64,000 bases of DNA, from NCBI GenBank assembly GCA_026004035.1, contig BPII01000003.1, positions 35,255 to 99,254 of the forward strand. Direction: 5' to 3'. A program made the position numbers and the translations under genes. The notes under the pieces are model-generated. The model saw nothing but the letters and a program-made list of their open reading frames with translations, had not been told where the DNA came from and did not search any database. The stretch comes from Candidatus Sericytochromatia bacterium (GTDB taxonomy: Bacteria; Cyanobacteriota; Sericytochromatia; UBA7694; JACMQJ01). Shown here piece after piece: positions 1 through 10,149 of the stretch (position 1 is the first letter of the stretch; every line of letters begins with the position of its first letter).

Positions 1-290
1 TTACCTTGAGAATTTACTAAATTTATTTTAGAAAAAAATGTTCCATCTTGCATATCAGTTATATATATACTTTTTACATCATATTTCATTGTTTTTAGAA
101 TATTTACAATTAAATCATGTGTAGATGGTCTTGGTAACTTTATATTTTCCATAGCAAGCATTATCGAATTAGCTTCAGGAGAGCCAATCCAAATAAGTAA
201 AGCTCTCCTATCTTCAAGGTCCCTTAGAACCATTATAGGAGTTTTATTTTGTGGATCTAAAACTATTCCAGAAACTTTCATTATAACCAT
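1..290 (-). CDS. bifunctional nuclease (BFN/DUF151) family protein; 3' end lies outside the window
   Basis: Not in the ORF track because it runs off the edge. My translation from the ATG at 290..288 reads MVIMKVSGIVLDPQNKTPIMVLRDLEDRRALLIWIGSPEANSIMLAMENIKLPRPSTHDLIVNILK... This fits the (L)IWIG-EA-I ... RP-THDL signature of BFN-domain proteins. Confidence 0.65.
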   Translation of the reverse strand, partial: MVIMKVSGIVLDPQNKTPIMVLRDLEDRRALLIWIGSPEANSIMLAMENIKLPRPSTHDLIVNILKTMKYDVKSIYITDMQDGTFFSKINLVNSQG

Positions 291-291
291 A

Positions 292-1903
292 TTACACTTC
301 CTTTTTCTTTTTACTCTTATCTACTAAATCAGAATCTATTCTTTTATATATTAAATCACCTTTTCTTGTTTTTAAACCTGATATTAATTGTCCCCATTCT
401 AAATTATTATAGTTAAAATTACTAATATTTTCATCTATTCCTAATTGATACCATATTTTTTCTGATATATTAGGAGTAAATGGATATAAAAGAAAAGCTA
501 TAATTCTTAATGCCTCTAAACAAGTATATAGAACACCATGAAAATATGGTATAATACTTTCGTCTTCTTTAGATTTCTTAGCTAAATTCCATGGTGCCTC
601 TGTATCAATATACTTGTTTAGTTTATTAACTAAATCCCATATTTTTATTAAAGAACCTTGTAAGTCATAATTATTCATGTAATTAATAACTTCTTCTTTT
701 ATTTTCATAGAAAATAGTTCAAAATCCTTTTCTGCTTCTAAATTTCTACTTGGAATAATACCGTCACAATTTTTTACCAGTATAGAAGAAACTATCCTAT
801 TTAAAGAATTTCCTAAATTATTTGCCAAATCAGCATTAACTCTACTTTCTAATATTTCACATTTCTTAAAAGAACCATCTTCATTGAATTCAGCTACAAA
901 ATCTCCATCGCTTCCATAATTTATTTCTCTTAATAAGAAATATCTTACACCATCAGCTTGATATTTTTCTATTAAATCAGAAGGTCTTACTATATTACCA
1001 ATAGTTTTACTTATTTTATTTCCTCCTATTGTTATAAATCCATGTGCAAATATTGTTTTAGGTAATGGTAAGTCTAAAGCCATTAATATAGCAGGCCATA
1101 TTATACAATGAAATTTAATAATATCTTTACCTATTATTTGTAAATCAGCTGGCCAATAATCTTTTAAATTATTATCTGTATTTACAAATAAACCAAGAGC
1201 GTTTATATAGTTAGTAAGAGCATCTAACCATACATAAATTATTTGATTATCTTCATCTGGAACTTTTATACCCCACTTAACACTCTCTCTAGTTACACTT
1301 ATGTCTTCAAAATCATCTAACATTGATAAAATTTCATTTTTTCTTGTTTCAGGTTTTATAAAATTTTCATTAGTTAATATATGCTCTTTTATTTTATTTT
1401 TATATTTTGATATCTTAAAAAAGTAATTTCTTTCTGAAACTAAATCAGGTTTTTCTTTTATGATTTGGACAAAATCCATTTTCATCTAAATCTTTTTCTA
1501 AATAGAATGATTCACATCCACTACAATATAAGCCTTGATATTCCTTAATATATAAATCTCCTTTTTCTTTTAAAGTATTAAATATTTTTTGAACAGATTT
1601 TATGTGTATATCACTATGAGTTCTATAAAAAATATCATAACTTATATTTAGTTTTTTCCAAGTTTCTAAGTAATAATTAGCTATTTGATTACAATGTTCT
1701 TCAGGTGTTAACCCTTTCTCAAAAGCAGTTTTTTCTATTTTACTTCCATGTTCATCTAATCCAGTTAAAAAAATTACATCTTTACCTCTTTGTCTAAAGT
1801 GCCTAGCTATAGCATCAGCTGAAATTTTCTCATAAGCATGCCCTAAATGCGGTGGCGCATTAGAATAATCTATTGCTGTAGTAATATAAAATTTATCTCT
1901 CAA
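292..1903 (-). pseudogene. metG: methionyl-tRNA synthetase, split by one frameshift
   Basis: ORF 1445..1903 carries the class-I HIGH region (PPHLGHAYE). ORF 292..1485 carries the KMSKS variant (NKISKT) and the anticodon-binding part. The two ORFs overlap in different frames. The junction CPNHK / EKPDLVSERNYFFKISKY maps to the T5/T4 runs at 1450..1459. Confidence 0.85.
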
Positions 1904-2110
1904 ATCTAACCTCTTAATTTAATTATAGTTAAGTTTATACAAATTATTCATTATATTACGAATATTTTAACTTGAAAAATATAGTTATTATTTTTTATAA
2001 AAAAACAAAAATTTAAAGGATATATGAGTATAAATGAGTATAATTTATAATTTTTTTGTTTTAATTGAATTTTATTTATGTTAAAAATGATTCTTTATTT
2101 AGATTAAACT

Positions 2111-4228
2111 ATGATTAAAAGATTACTTTTAATAGTTATTTTTACAATATTTATAAGTTTTAAAGCAATAGCTCAAGAAGATATATCTATTTTACACATA
2201 AATGATGCTAACGGAAACATAAACCCAATAAAAGTAGATGGTAAATTTTCAGCAGGTGGTATATTACAATTAGCTGACTTTGTTAGATCTTTTAATAAGA
2301 GTCAAAAAAATACAATATTTGTTTCTTCAAGTGATATGATAGCTCCAATGCCTGAATCTTCTAAAAATAAAGGTAGAATATATATTGATTTTTTTAATAA
2401 AGTTGGTCTAGATATTTGGTCACCAGGTGATTATGATTTTTTATATGGACTTGATAATTTAAAAGAAATAACTAAAAATGCTAATTTTAATATTATAAAT
2501 ACTAATCTTGTTTATAAACATACAAAAAAAAATATCTTTAAGCCTTATGTGATAATTGAAAAGCTTAATAAGAAATTTTTATTTTTAGGAGTAACAAATC
2601 TAAATTCTTATGAACAATTACCTGATGATGTTAAAAATAATATTCAAATAATAAAACCAATAGATGCTATTAATGAAGCTTTAAATAATATAGATGAAAA
2701 CTATGATTTTGTAATTTTACTTGCACAATTAAATAATGAAGAAAAAGTTGAAATAATGAAAAAAACAAAAGTTGATTTAATTATTGGTTCTATAGGACGT
2801 ATTGTTGAATCAGATATAATGACTTTTTCTACTTTTAATAATAAATATTCTGTAATAACTTCAGGATACACAATATCAGTAGGTCAAGTTGATTTGAGTA
2901 TTAACAATAATAAAGTTTTTGTTAAAAATTTGAAAAATAATCTTTTGTTAGAAAAAGATGATTATCAAGAGGATATTTTAGATATAAAAGAAATAATAAG
3001 AAAATATAAAGATGATTCTGATAAAGTAACATTAGCAAAATTTAGTAGTTCTCCAAATAGACAACAATCTTATCAGTTTATAAATACATCAATACATAGA
3101 TTATGTAATTGTGAAATTACTATATTCCCAAACAATTTTTTTATGAGAGGATATTATTTTGAACAAGAAATAAATGAACATGATATATTCTCTGTAATAC
3201 CTGTACCATCAAAGTTAAAAAAAATAAAAATAAATGGTTATGATTTAAAAAATTTTATAAAAAGCATAGAACTAAATGATTTCACTATTTCCGGTTATTT
3301 AAATAATAAAGTTAATAATGTTCCAATATCAAATAATGAAAACTATATTTTATGCACTACTGAACAAACATATAGGAAAAATCCAATTTTAAAAGAACAA
3401 AAAGATGTTTATACTACTTCTGAAAGTATAAATCAATTACTTTATAAATATATTCTTGATAATAAAGGAAAAGTATTTGATTTAAGTAAAGAAGAAAAAT
3501 TTGATGACTGGAAAATTATTTTTAAATTAGATTTAGACCCACAATTTTTAAACGTTGATTTAAAAAAGGATACTGATTACAACTATTTAGTTTGGAAAGG
3601 TGATAAAAATGCTTTAAGTTGGGGAGGAGTATCAAACTTATTTATAAGAAGATACTGGGATGATTATGAATTTGATAATAGAATAACATTAGAATTTAGA
3701 CAACAACAAACAGGAAGTACAGCAATAGAAAAATTTGCTGATACAATACAATATAATTCTTTTTTTAAAAAAAGATTTTTTAATAGTATTATAATTCCTT
3801 TTACGGAAACAAAAATTTCTTCGTTTTTTATAAATCCAAAACCAGAAAAGCCTCATCAGATATTGCTTGAGTTAAATACAGGTCTATTACATGAATTACC
3901 TTTTGGATTTAAATTTAGAGAAGGATTAGAAATTAGAAAAAATTTATTAGATACAACTTTAGATTGGCAATTTGGTGGTTTTATTTCACTTAACTTTATT
4001 AATAATATTTTTTTCTTAAAAGAAGAATTTGAAGGAAAATTATATTTACCTGTTGGTGGAAGGTTATTTATAACCGAAATACAAAACAAAATAACTTATC
4101 CTATATCTAATTTGTTTAATCTTTACTACCAAATAAATTTGTATAATGAAACTTTTGATTTTAGTAAAATGGCAATTAGACAAAATGCCGGTATAGGTAT
4201 TAAATTAGATAATCCTTTTATTTTTTAG
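2111..4228 (+). CDS. secreted 5'-nucleotidase/metallophosphoesterase-like domain (degenerate motifs) fused to a C-terminal outer-membrane beta-barrel-like region
   Basis: An N-terminal signal peptide is present (MIKRLLLIVIFTIFISFKAIAQE). ILHINDANG, SSSDM and SPGDYDFLYG align to the UshA-type motifs ILHTNDHHG, GD and GNHEFD. The C-terminal ~200 aa have an alternating beta-strand pattern and end in ...NPFIF with a terminal Phe. Confidence 0.5.
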   Translation: MIKRLLLIVIFTIFISFKAIAQEDISILHINDANGNINPIKVDGKFSAGGILQLADFVRSFNKSQKNTIFVSSSDMIAPMPESSKNKGRIYIDFFNKVGLDIWSPGDYDFLYGLDNLKEITKNANFNIINTNLVYKHTKKNIFKPYVIIEKLNKKFLFLGVTNLNSYEQLPDDVKNNIQIIKPIDAINEALNNIDENYDFVILLAQLNNEEKVEIMKKTKVDLIIGSIGRIVESDIMTFSTFNNKYSVITSGYTISVGQVDLSINNNKVFVKNLKNNLLLEKDDYQEDILDIKEIIRKYKDDSDKVTLAKFSSSPNRQQSYQFINTSIHRLCNCEITIFPNNFFMRGYYFEQEINEHDIFSVIPVPSKLKKIKINGYDLKNFIKSIELNDFTISGYLNNKVNNVPISNNENYILCTTEQTYRKNPILKEQKDVYTTSESINQLLYKYILDNKGKVFDLSKEEKFDDWKIIFKLDLDPQFLNVDLKKDTDYNYLVWKGDKNALSWGGVSNLFIRRYWDDYEFDNRITLEFRQQQTGSTAIEKFADTIQYNSFFKKRFFNSIIIPFTETKISSFFINPKPEKPHQILLELNTGLLHELPFGFKFREGLEIRKNLLDTTLDWQFGGFISLNFINNIFFLKEEFEGKLYLPVGGRLFITEIQNKITYPISNLFNLYYQINLYNETFDFSKMAIRQNAGIGIKLDNPFIF

Positions 4229-4611
4229 TCTCCAAATATATTAAAAATGCTACCTGTTGGATCCTTTATTTCAAAAAACCTTAATTTTCCAACTCCTTGA
4301 ATATGACTTACTATCTCAACACCAGAATTTTTTAAAAAAACATAAGATTCATCACAATTTCCAAGATAAAAACCTATACCAGTTTCATAAGGTTTTATAT
4401 TTGGTACTTCTTGAACTAAAAGTTTAACATTACCATCAGTTAATTCAAGCCATGTTAATCCTTCGGGTATATCTTGTTTTATAATATCTTCAGTTATATC
4501 CGTAAGATTAGTATAAACAAGTTCTAATCCCAAAATATTTACAAAGAAATTATAAGCTTCCTTTAAATTTTGAACAGGATGAAAAAAATAACTTAGTTTT
4601 GCTTTAAACAT
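4225..4611 (-). CDS. VOC/glyoxalase-family protein
   Basis: 128 aa. The N-terminus is (L)SYFFHPVQNLKEAYNFFVNILGLE, and the later GxxFYL / FFEIKDPTG pattern is typical of the glyoxalase/bleomycin-resistance fold. Confidence 0.55.
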   Translation of the reverse strand: MFKAKLSYFFHPVQNLKEAYNFFVNILGLELVYTNLTDITEDIIKQDIPEGLTWLELTDGNVKLLVQEVPNIKPYETGIGFYLGNCDESYVFLKNSGVEIVSHIQGVGKLRFFEIKDPTGSIFNIFGD

Positions 4612-4624
4612 TAAATTATCCTTT

Positions 4625-5641
4625 CTATTTTACAGAATATAAATTTTTATCATCACTACCAAAATATAATGTATCATCAACAAATAGAGGTTTTGAGTAA
4701 ATAGCTCCATCTGTAGATAAGCTTTTTTGAATTTTACCGTCTTTTTTTGATAGTAAATACATAATACCTGATGCTGTTCCAACATATATATTATCTTTAG
4801 TAATTATAGGGCTAGTAGTAATTGCTGATGATAAATTAGATTTCCATATTAACTCTCCTGTTTCTTTTTTTAAAGCATATAAATTATTATCATTACTACC
4901 AAAATATACTGTATCTTCAACGACTATAGCATCAGTTATAATATCATCGTTTGTTTCAAATTTCCAAACTTTTTTACCAGTCATAGAATCTATTGCATAG
5001 AATATACCATCAGCTGAACCAAAATAAAGAATACCAGAAGATATTATTGGTGATGAGTTTATTAGCTTTCTTGTTTTAAATTTCCAAAACTCTTTCCCAT
5101 TAAATCTATTTACTGCATAAAAATAACCATCAAAACTACCAAAATATAAATAATTATTTTCTATAATTGGTGTAGAAGATACCCAATCACCTGTTTTGAA
5201 TTTCCATTTAATTTCTCTTGTAGGTAGGTAAACAGCATATAAATTATTATCATCACAACCAATATATAAAATATTATCTTCTATAACTGGTGTTGAATTA
5301 ATACTACCATCAAATCTTAATCTCCATTTCTTTTCTCCATTACTAGCATTTAAAGCATATAAATATTTATCATTACTACCAAAATATAATATTCCATTAT
5401 CTATAGTAACTCCTGAAAAAATTGGTCCAGCAGTTTTATATTTCCATTTTTCTTCTCCTGTTTTTTGATCTATAGCATATAAGTAATAGTCAGCACTACC
5501 AAAATATATTAATCCATTATATAAATTTATAGGACTTTTTATACTTCCACCACTTGCAAATTTCCAATTTATATTAAGCTTGCTTGAACATGAAGCTATA
5601 AAAAAAACAATTAAAGTAAAGATAAAAATTTTTATTCTCAT
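4625..5641 (-). CDS. PQQ-like beta-propeller repeat lipoprotein (BamB-like)
   Basis: A lipobox is present (FFIASCSS). Eight reiterations of the motif G.(I/L)YFGS.D..LYA(I/L)....G...WK(F/Y) follow. Confidence 0.75.
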   Translation of the reverse strand: MRIKIFIFTLIVFFIASCSSKLNINWKFASGGSIKSPINLYNGLIYFGSADYYLYAIDQKTGEEKWKYKTAGPIFSGVTIDNGILYFGSNDKYLYALNASNGEKKWRLRFDGSINSTPVIEDNILYIGCDDNNLYAVYLPTREIKWKFKTGDWVSSTPIIENNYLYFGSFDGYFYAVNRFNGKEFWKFKTRKLINSSPIISSGILYFGSADGIFYAIDSMTGKKVWKFETNDDIITDAIVVEDTVYFGSNDNNLYALKKETGELIWKSNLSSAITTSPIITKDNIYVGTASGIMYLLSKKDGKIQKSLSTDGAIYSKPLFVDDTLYFGSDDKNLYSVK

Positions 5642-5899
5642 TTATAATTTAGCTTTATCTCCTATAAGAAAAGTATTAAGTATATATTAACACTAATTTG
5701 TTTTTTTTTAAATTTAAGTAATTATTTTTTTGAATTTTATACTAAACTAAAATTGATTTGCACTTTTTTAATTCCTACAAAGCGCTACTATTCATAAAAT
5801 TTGAGTTTTTGAAAAAATGCAAACTTCAGAAGTTTGAGTAAAAAAAACTATTTAGAAAATTAGAAACTATATTCTGATATTTATTTTTTATAAATTAAA

Positions 5900-6673
5900 T
5901 CATCTTCTACCTAAAATATCACCTAAACTTGCCATTTTATCTTCAGCAATTATAACTTTATGATTTGTATCATAAGCTTTTTGGGTATTTATTAAATCCA
6001 CCATTTCTTTTACTAAGCTAACATTTGAAGTTTCTAATGCACCTGAAATTATTGAACCTATACCATTTTGTTTTGGTTGTCCTTGAATTTCTGCACCTGA
6101 AGAAGATGTTGCTTTGTATGTAGAATTACCAGTAGCATAAAGTCCAGCAGGATTTACGAATGTTGATAATGTTAATTGTCCTAAATTTGTTAAGTTAGCT
6201 GTCCCAGGCTCTCTTACCCAAACTCTACCATCTTCACTTATGTGAGAAAAAATTTGTGAAGGCTGTAATTGAATAGGTGGATCAAGTAAATAACCACTTG
6301 ACGTTACAAGTCTTCCTTGTTCATCAAATTTAAATGAACCATTTCTTGTATAAAGATTTTCACCTGTTATTGGATCCAAAAGTTTAAAAAATCCAGGTCC
6401 ATTTATTGCAAAGTCCAAAGAATTTTCAGTAATTTTAAATGAACCTTGTTTATGTTCAATTTCTGTTCCTGTAATTTTTACTCCTTGACCTGTAAATTTA
6501 CCAACAGGATTTTCATAAGGTGTTGGTTTTCTTGAATATTTAACAATTTGGTCAGCAAAATCTAAATCCATTCTTTTAAAACCAACAGTTTGGTTATTAG
6601 AAATATTATTAGCTAATACTTCAACTCTTTTCATTAAAGAGTGCATAGCACTTGCATTAACTTGTAAGCCCAT
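5900..6673 (-). CDS. flgG: flagellar basal-body rod protein, FlgG/FlgF family
   Basis: The N-terminal rod motif is VLANNISNNQTVGFKR. The C-terminal motif is SNVSLVKEMVDLINTQKAYDTNHKVI. The length of 257 aa is typical. A GAGGAAG Shine-Dalgarno lies upstream. Confidence 0.8.
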   Translation of the reverse strand: MGLQVNASAMHSLMKRVEVLANNISNNQTVGFKRMDLDFADQIVKYSRKPTPYENPVGKFTGQGVKITGTEIEHKQGSFKITENSLDFAINGPGFFKLLDPITGENLYTRNGSFKFDEQGRLVTSSGYLLDPPIQLQPSQIFSHISEDGRVWVREPGTANLTNLGQLTLSTFVNPAGLYATGNSTYKATSSSGAEIQGQPKQNGIGSIISGALETSNVSLVKEMVDLINTQKAYDTNHKVIIAEDKMASLGDILGRR

Positions 6674-6732
6674 AAAAAAACTTCCTCAGAGAATAATAAT
6701 TAAATACTATTATACAACAAAAAGTATATTTT

Positions 6733-7896
6733 TTATCCTTTGACACATAAAATTTGTTTTAGTACTGCTTTTACTTCTATTAAATCTTTTTGTTCATTTA
6801 TAACTTTATCTATATCTTTATAAGCTGATGGTATTTCATCAAGTACTCCTTTATCTTTACGACATTCAACACCTTTAGTTTGTTTTTTTAAATCTTCAAT
6901 AGTAAAAATTTTTCTTGCTTTATTTCTTGATAATTTTCTGCCAGCACCATGAGAACAAGAATGAAATGAATCAAGATTACCCTTACCAACAACAATATAG
7001 CTTTTTGTTCCCATAGAACCAGGTATTATTCCAATATCACCTTTATCAGCTTTTATAGCACCTTTTCTTGTAACAAATACTTCTTGTCCAAAATGTATTT
7101 CCTTAGAAACATAATTATGATGACAAGATGTTATATTTCCTATTATCTCAATGTGAGGAACATATTTTTTTAAAGCAAGAAAAACATTTTCAAATATTTT
7201 TTTTCTATTTTTTAAAGCATATTCTTGACACCAAAAAACATCATTAATATAATTTTTAAATTCTTGTGTTTGTTCTGTAAGGTATGCTAAATCAGAATCT
7301 TCTAATTCTATAAATTTTTTTCTCATCTCTCCTTTAGCAATAGATATATGATATTGTGCTACTTCATTACCTATATTTCTTGAGCCTGAATGAAGCATTA
7401 TCCATACATTTTCTTTTTCATCTAAACATATTTCTATAAAATGATTACCACCTCCAAGAGTTCCTATTTGTTTCGCTGCTCTTTCTATAATTTTGTTTCC
7501 TAATTCTTTATATACACTTAAAGATTTGAAATCTAAATCTTTTCCATATTTATCTGTTTTATGAGAATCAAAACCTAAAGGTACTAATTTTTCTATATTT
7601 TTTCTTATAACAGATATATCATCAGGTAAATCTTTAGATTTTATATTAGTCATAGCAGCAAGCATACCACAACCTATATCTACTCCAACAGCAGCAGGAA
7701 TTATTGCTCCTTTTGTTGCTATAACAGAACCAACAGTTGCTCCTTTCCCTAAATGAACATCAGGCATAACTGATACATGTTTAAATATAAATGGTAATTT
7801 AGAAATTCTTTCTAGTTGCTTTATTGCATCTTCTTCTATTTCTGAAACATCAGTCCAAACTTTTATATCTTTACCACCTAAATTTATTGTTTGCAT
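6733..7896 (-). CDS. rtcB: RNA-splicing ligase RtcB
   Basis: Motifs MPDVHLGKG, DIGCGM, GGGNHFIE, HSGSRNIGN, CHHNY and HGAGR are characteristic of RtcB. Confidence 0.9.
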   Translation of the reverse strand: MQTINLGGKDIKVWTDVSEIEEDAIKQLERISKLPFIFKHVSVMPDVHLGKGATVGSVIATKGAIIPAAVGVDIGCGMLAAMTNIKSKDLPDDISVIRKNIEKLVPLGFDSHKTDKYGKDLDFKSLSVYKELGNKIIERAAKQIGTLGGGNHFIEICLDEKENVWIMLHSGSRNIGNEVAQYHISIAKGEMRKKFIELEDSDLAYLTEQTQEFKNYINDVFWCQEYALKNRKKIFENVFLALKKYVPHIEIIGNITSCHHNYVSKEIHFGQEVFVTRKGAIKADKGDIGIIPGSMGTKSYIVVGKGNLDSFHSCSHGAGRKLSRNKARKIFTIEDLKKQTKGVECRKDKGVLDEIPSAYKDIDKVINEQKDLIEVKAVLKQILCVKG

Positions 7897-8783
7897 AAAA
7901 ACTTTTCCTTTAGAATATTATAAGTTTTTAAATCTCCTAAATCTTTTATAGAATCTATAATTATTTTAGCTATTTTTAAGTTATCTTTAAAATTAAATTT
8001 TAAAGATGATAAAAATAAGTTTATTAAATCATTTTTCAAATTATTTTTATACATGTACAAAGCTAGCTCTTCTAAATAAGAGTTATAAAATTCTGTATTT
8101 TTTAAAATTTTTATTCTTTCTATTTCAACAGGTATAAAATTATTTTTAGATTTATACTTTAAATATATTTGAAATCTAGTTTTTTCAAATTCTTTATAAT
8201 CTTTTTCTGTTTTATTATGATAAAACCTATTTGTTATTTGATTTATATAAAAAATATTCTTATTTTCAAATAATCTTATCCAAAAATCCCAATCTTCATT
8301 ATGATATAAATTTTCATCAAAAAAAATATTATTTAATTTTCTAAACATCACTGACAATATTGGTATATAACCCTTCACAAGTAAAGAATCATAATCATAT
8401 TTTTTTGATAAAAAATCTTTAATACTATTATTTAAAACGATATGAGAACTTGTATAAGCTGCAAAATAATTATTATTTTGAGTAAGAAAATTATATAAAA
8501 CTTCTAAATGATTATCATAAAAAATATCATCATCATCAAGAAAACAAATAAATTTACCATTAGCATTTTGGAGTCCAATATTTCTAGCTTTTGCTCTTCC
8601 ATAATTTTTATTTAAATTTATACATTTTATTTTTCTAGATTCAAAATTTATATGACTTAAACTATCATTTACAATAATAATCTCATAATTATTTATTTTT
8701 TGTGATAAAACACTATTTATAGCAATATTCAAAGTATTTTTTATATTTATAGTAGGTATAATAACAGAAATATCAATATTCAT
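7884..8783 (-). CDS. family 2 glycosyltransferase
   Basis: VIIPTIN...IIIVNDS...FLDDDD is the GT-A fold DxD pattern. The gene overlaps rtcB by 13 nt and the upstream lipoprotein gene by 4 nt. Confidence 0.8.
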   Translation of the reverse strand: MNIDISVIIPTINIKNTLNIAINSVLSQKINNYEIIIVNDSLSHINFESRKIKCINLNKNYGRAKARNIGLQNANGKFICFLDDDDIFYDNHLEVLYNFLTQNNNYFAAYTSSHIVLNNSIKDFLSKKYDYDSLLVKGYIPILSVMFRKLNNIFFDENLYHNEDWDFWIRLFENKNIFYINQITNRFYHNKTEKDYKEFEKTRFQIYLKYKSKNNFIPVEIERIKILKNTEFYNSYLEELALYMYKNNLKNDLINLFLSSLKFNFKDNLKIAKIIIDSIKDLGDLKTYNILKEKFLCKQ

Positions 8784-10096
8784 TTATTTCTTTCTTTTAT
8801 TATTTTAAATTTTTTACCTAAAATTTGTGAAATATCATCAAAGTTTAAAAAGGAATCCCATACCAATATTAATTCTTTATTTACAATATTTAAATCATAG
8901 TCGTTATTATAATTTATATCACTTACTTTAATTTCTTTACCTGAAAAATCCTTATTTAAAATTCTTGCATAAATAAATTTATCTCCTTTTAAAATATCTT
9001 CTTTTTGCCATGTTAAAAAATAATTTTCATCTATAAATTTTATTTTAGGATTACTTTGTATAAAAGAACTTTCATTTATAATTTTTACGTTTTTATTTAT
9101 TAAATTTCCATCTTTATCTATTTTCTGTAAATATATTCCTTCACTATAAGAATCTTCAAGAAATCTTGAATATTTACTTTTGCTATATGTTGCCCATACG
9201 ATTATAAAATTGTTATTATTATCTTTTTCTAGAAAAATATCTTCTGAAAAATATTTAATATTATTTATTTTTATAGGTTCTAACAATTTATCTTTGTCTA
9301 TATCATAGATTCTAAAATATATATTAGTTTTTCTATCTTTTAGTTCTATTTTATTATTTTCATATTCAAGATAAGATATATATATTTTATTATCATAAAT
9401 AATTATTTTTGGTGATAAATAGTTATTATTAATATCACTAATTATTATTTCTTTATTTTTTTTATTTTCTTTTATAATATCAATATTTATTTTACTATTA
9501 CCTTTATCTGAAAAAGTATTATATGCTATAACTAATAAATTATCTTTAGAAAAAATATTTATATTGGGAATAAAAAATTTATGTTCTTGAATTGGCGTAT
9601 AAAAGTTTGAGTTTATTAGTTTTGTTTTTAATTTAGAAATATCATCTGGATTATTTAAAGTGATTTCTAGTTTTTCTTTTCCTTCATTAGAGAAAATTTT
9701 TAATTTTATAATATAGTTATCCTTATCTTTATCATAAGCATTCCAAGAAAAAATTATATCTTTATCAAAAAAACATGAAACCCTTGTATTGTTATTTATA
9801 TCTGGAGAATCACTTACTAAAAATTCTAAAGATTTTTTATTTTTATCAGAATAAAAAATCCTTGCTTTTATTTTTGTTTCTTCTAGCCATGAAACTACAA
9901 AGTTTCCTTTGCTATCAGAAGTTACTTTTGGATACAAAGAATTAAAATCATTTGTATTAATTTTAAATTCTCCATTTAATCTTTGTTTTGATAACTCTTT
10001 TATATCTTGTAAGTTTATAAGAGGTGAATTATTTATATTATTATTTGTTGAGCAAGAGAAAAGTAAGAATATGAATATAAAAATTTTCTTCAACAT
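8780..10096 (-). CDS. hypothetical lipoprotein
   Basis: Signal peptide plus lipobox (LLFSCSTN). The rest is very N/K/I-rich and I recognised no motif. Confidence 0.4.
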   Translation of the reverse strand: MLKKIFIFIFLLFSCSTNNNINNSPLINLQDIKELSKQRLNGEFKINTNDFNSLYPKVTSDSKGNFVVSWLEETKIKARIFYSDKNKKSLEFLVSDSPDINNNTRVSCFFDKDIIFSWNAYDKDKDNYIIKLKIFSNEGKEKLEITLNNPDDISKLKTKLINSNFYTPIQEHKFFIPNINIFSKDNLLVIAYNTFSDKGNSKINIDIIKENKKNKEIIISDINNNYLSPKIIIYDNKIYISYLEYENNKIELKDRKTNIYFRIYDIDKDKLLEPIKINNIKYFSEDIFLEKDNNNNFIIVWATYSKSKYSRFLEDSYSEGIYLQKIDKDGNLINKNVKIINESSFIQSNPKIKFIDENYFLTWQKEDILKGDKFIYARILNKDFSGKEIKVSDINYNNDYDLNIVNKELILVWDSFLNFDDISQILGKKFKIIKERNK

Positions 10097-10149
10097 TTAT
10101 TATTATGTAAATCATTACAGATTAATATTTTACAAAAGAATTATTACAT

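Noticed and set aside
292-1903. An alternative genetic code (UGA or another stop reassigned) as the explanation for the many split genes.
   Set aside because: The halves of metG, tldD, fumC and the others lie in different reading frames, as the coordinate differences are not multiples of 3. Read-through of a stop would therefore not join them. Trp is encoded by TGG throughout, and long genes such as polA have no in-frame stops.
2025-2050. Tandem 10-mer atgagtataa x2 in the metG / 2111 divergent intergenic region.
   Set aside because: There are only two units in very AT-rich DNA and no further copies in the window. This is probably chance or a trivial duplication.
3856-4089. Antisense 'shadow' ORFs inside longer genes. 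The list is 3856..4089, 9909..10166, 13024..13221, 14290..14547, 15052..15348, 17891..18163, 21152..21388, 29786..30175, 38614..38835, 39682..39963, 42072..42272, 43373..43555, 44702..44995, 60193..60468, 60793..60987, 62243..62428 and 63754..63942.
   Set aside because: Each lies opposite a longer ORF with clear family motifs. Their translations are low-complexity (I/L/F/S/N-rich), as expected for the antisense of AT-rich coding DNA. I saw no Shine-Dalgarno sequences.
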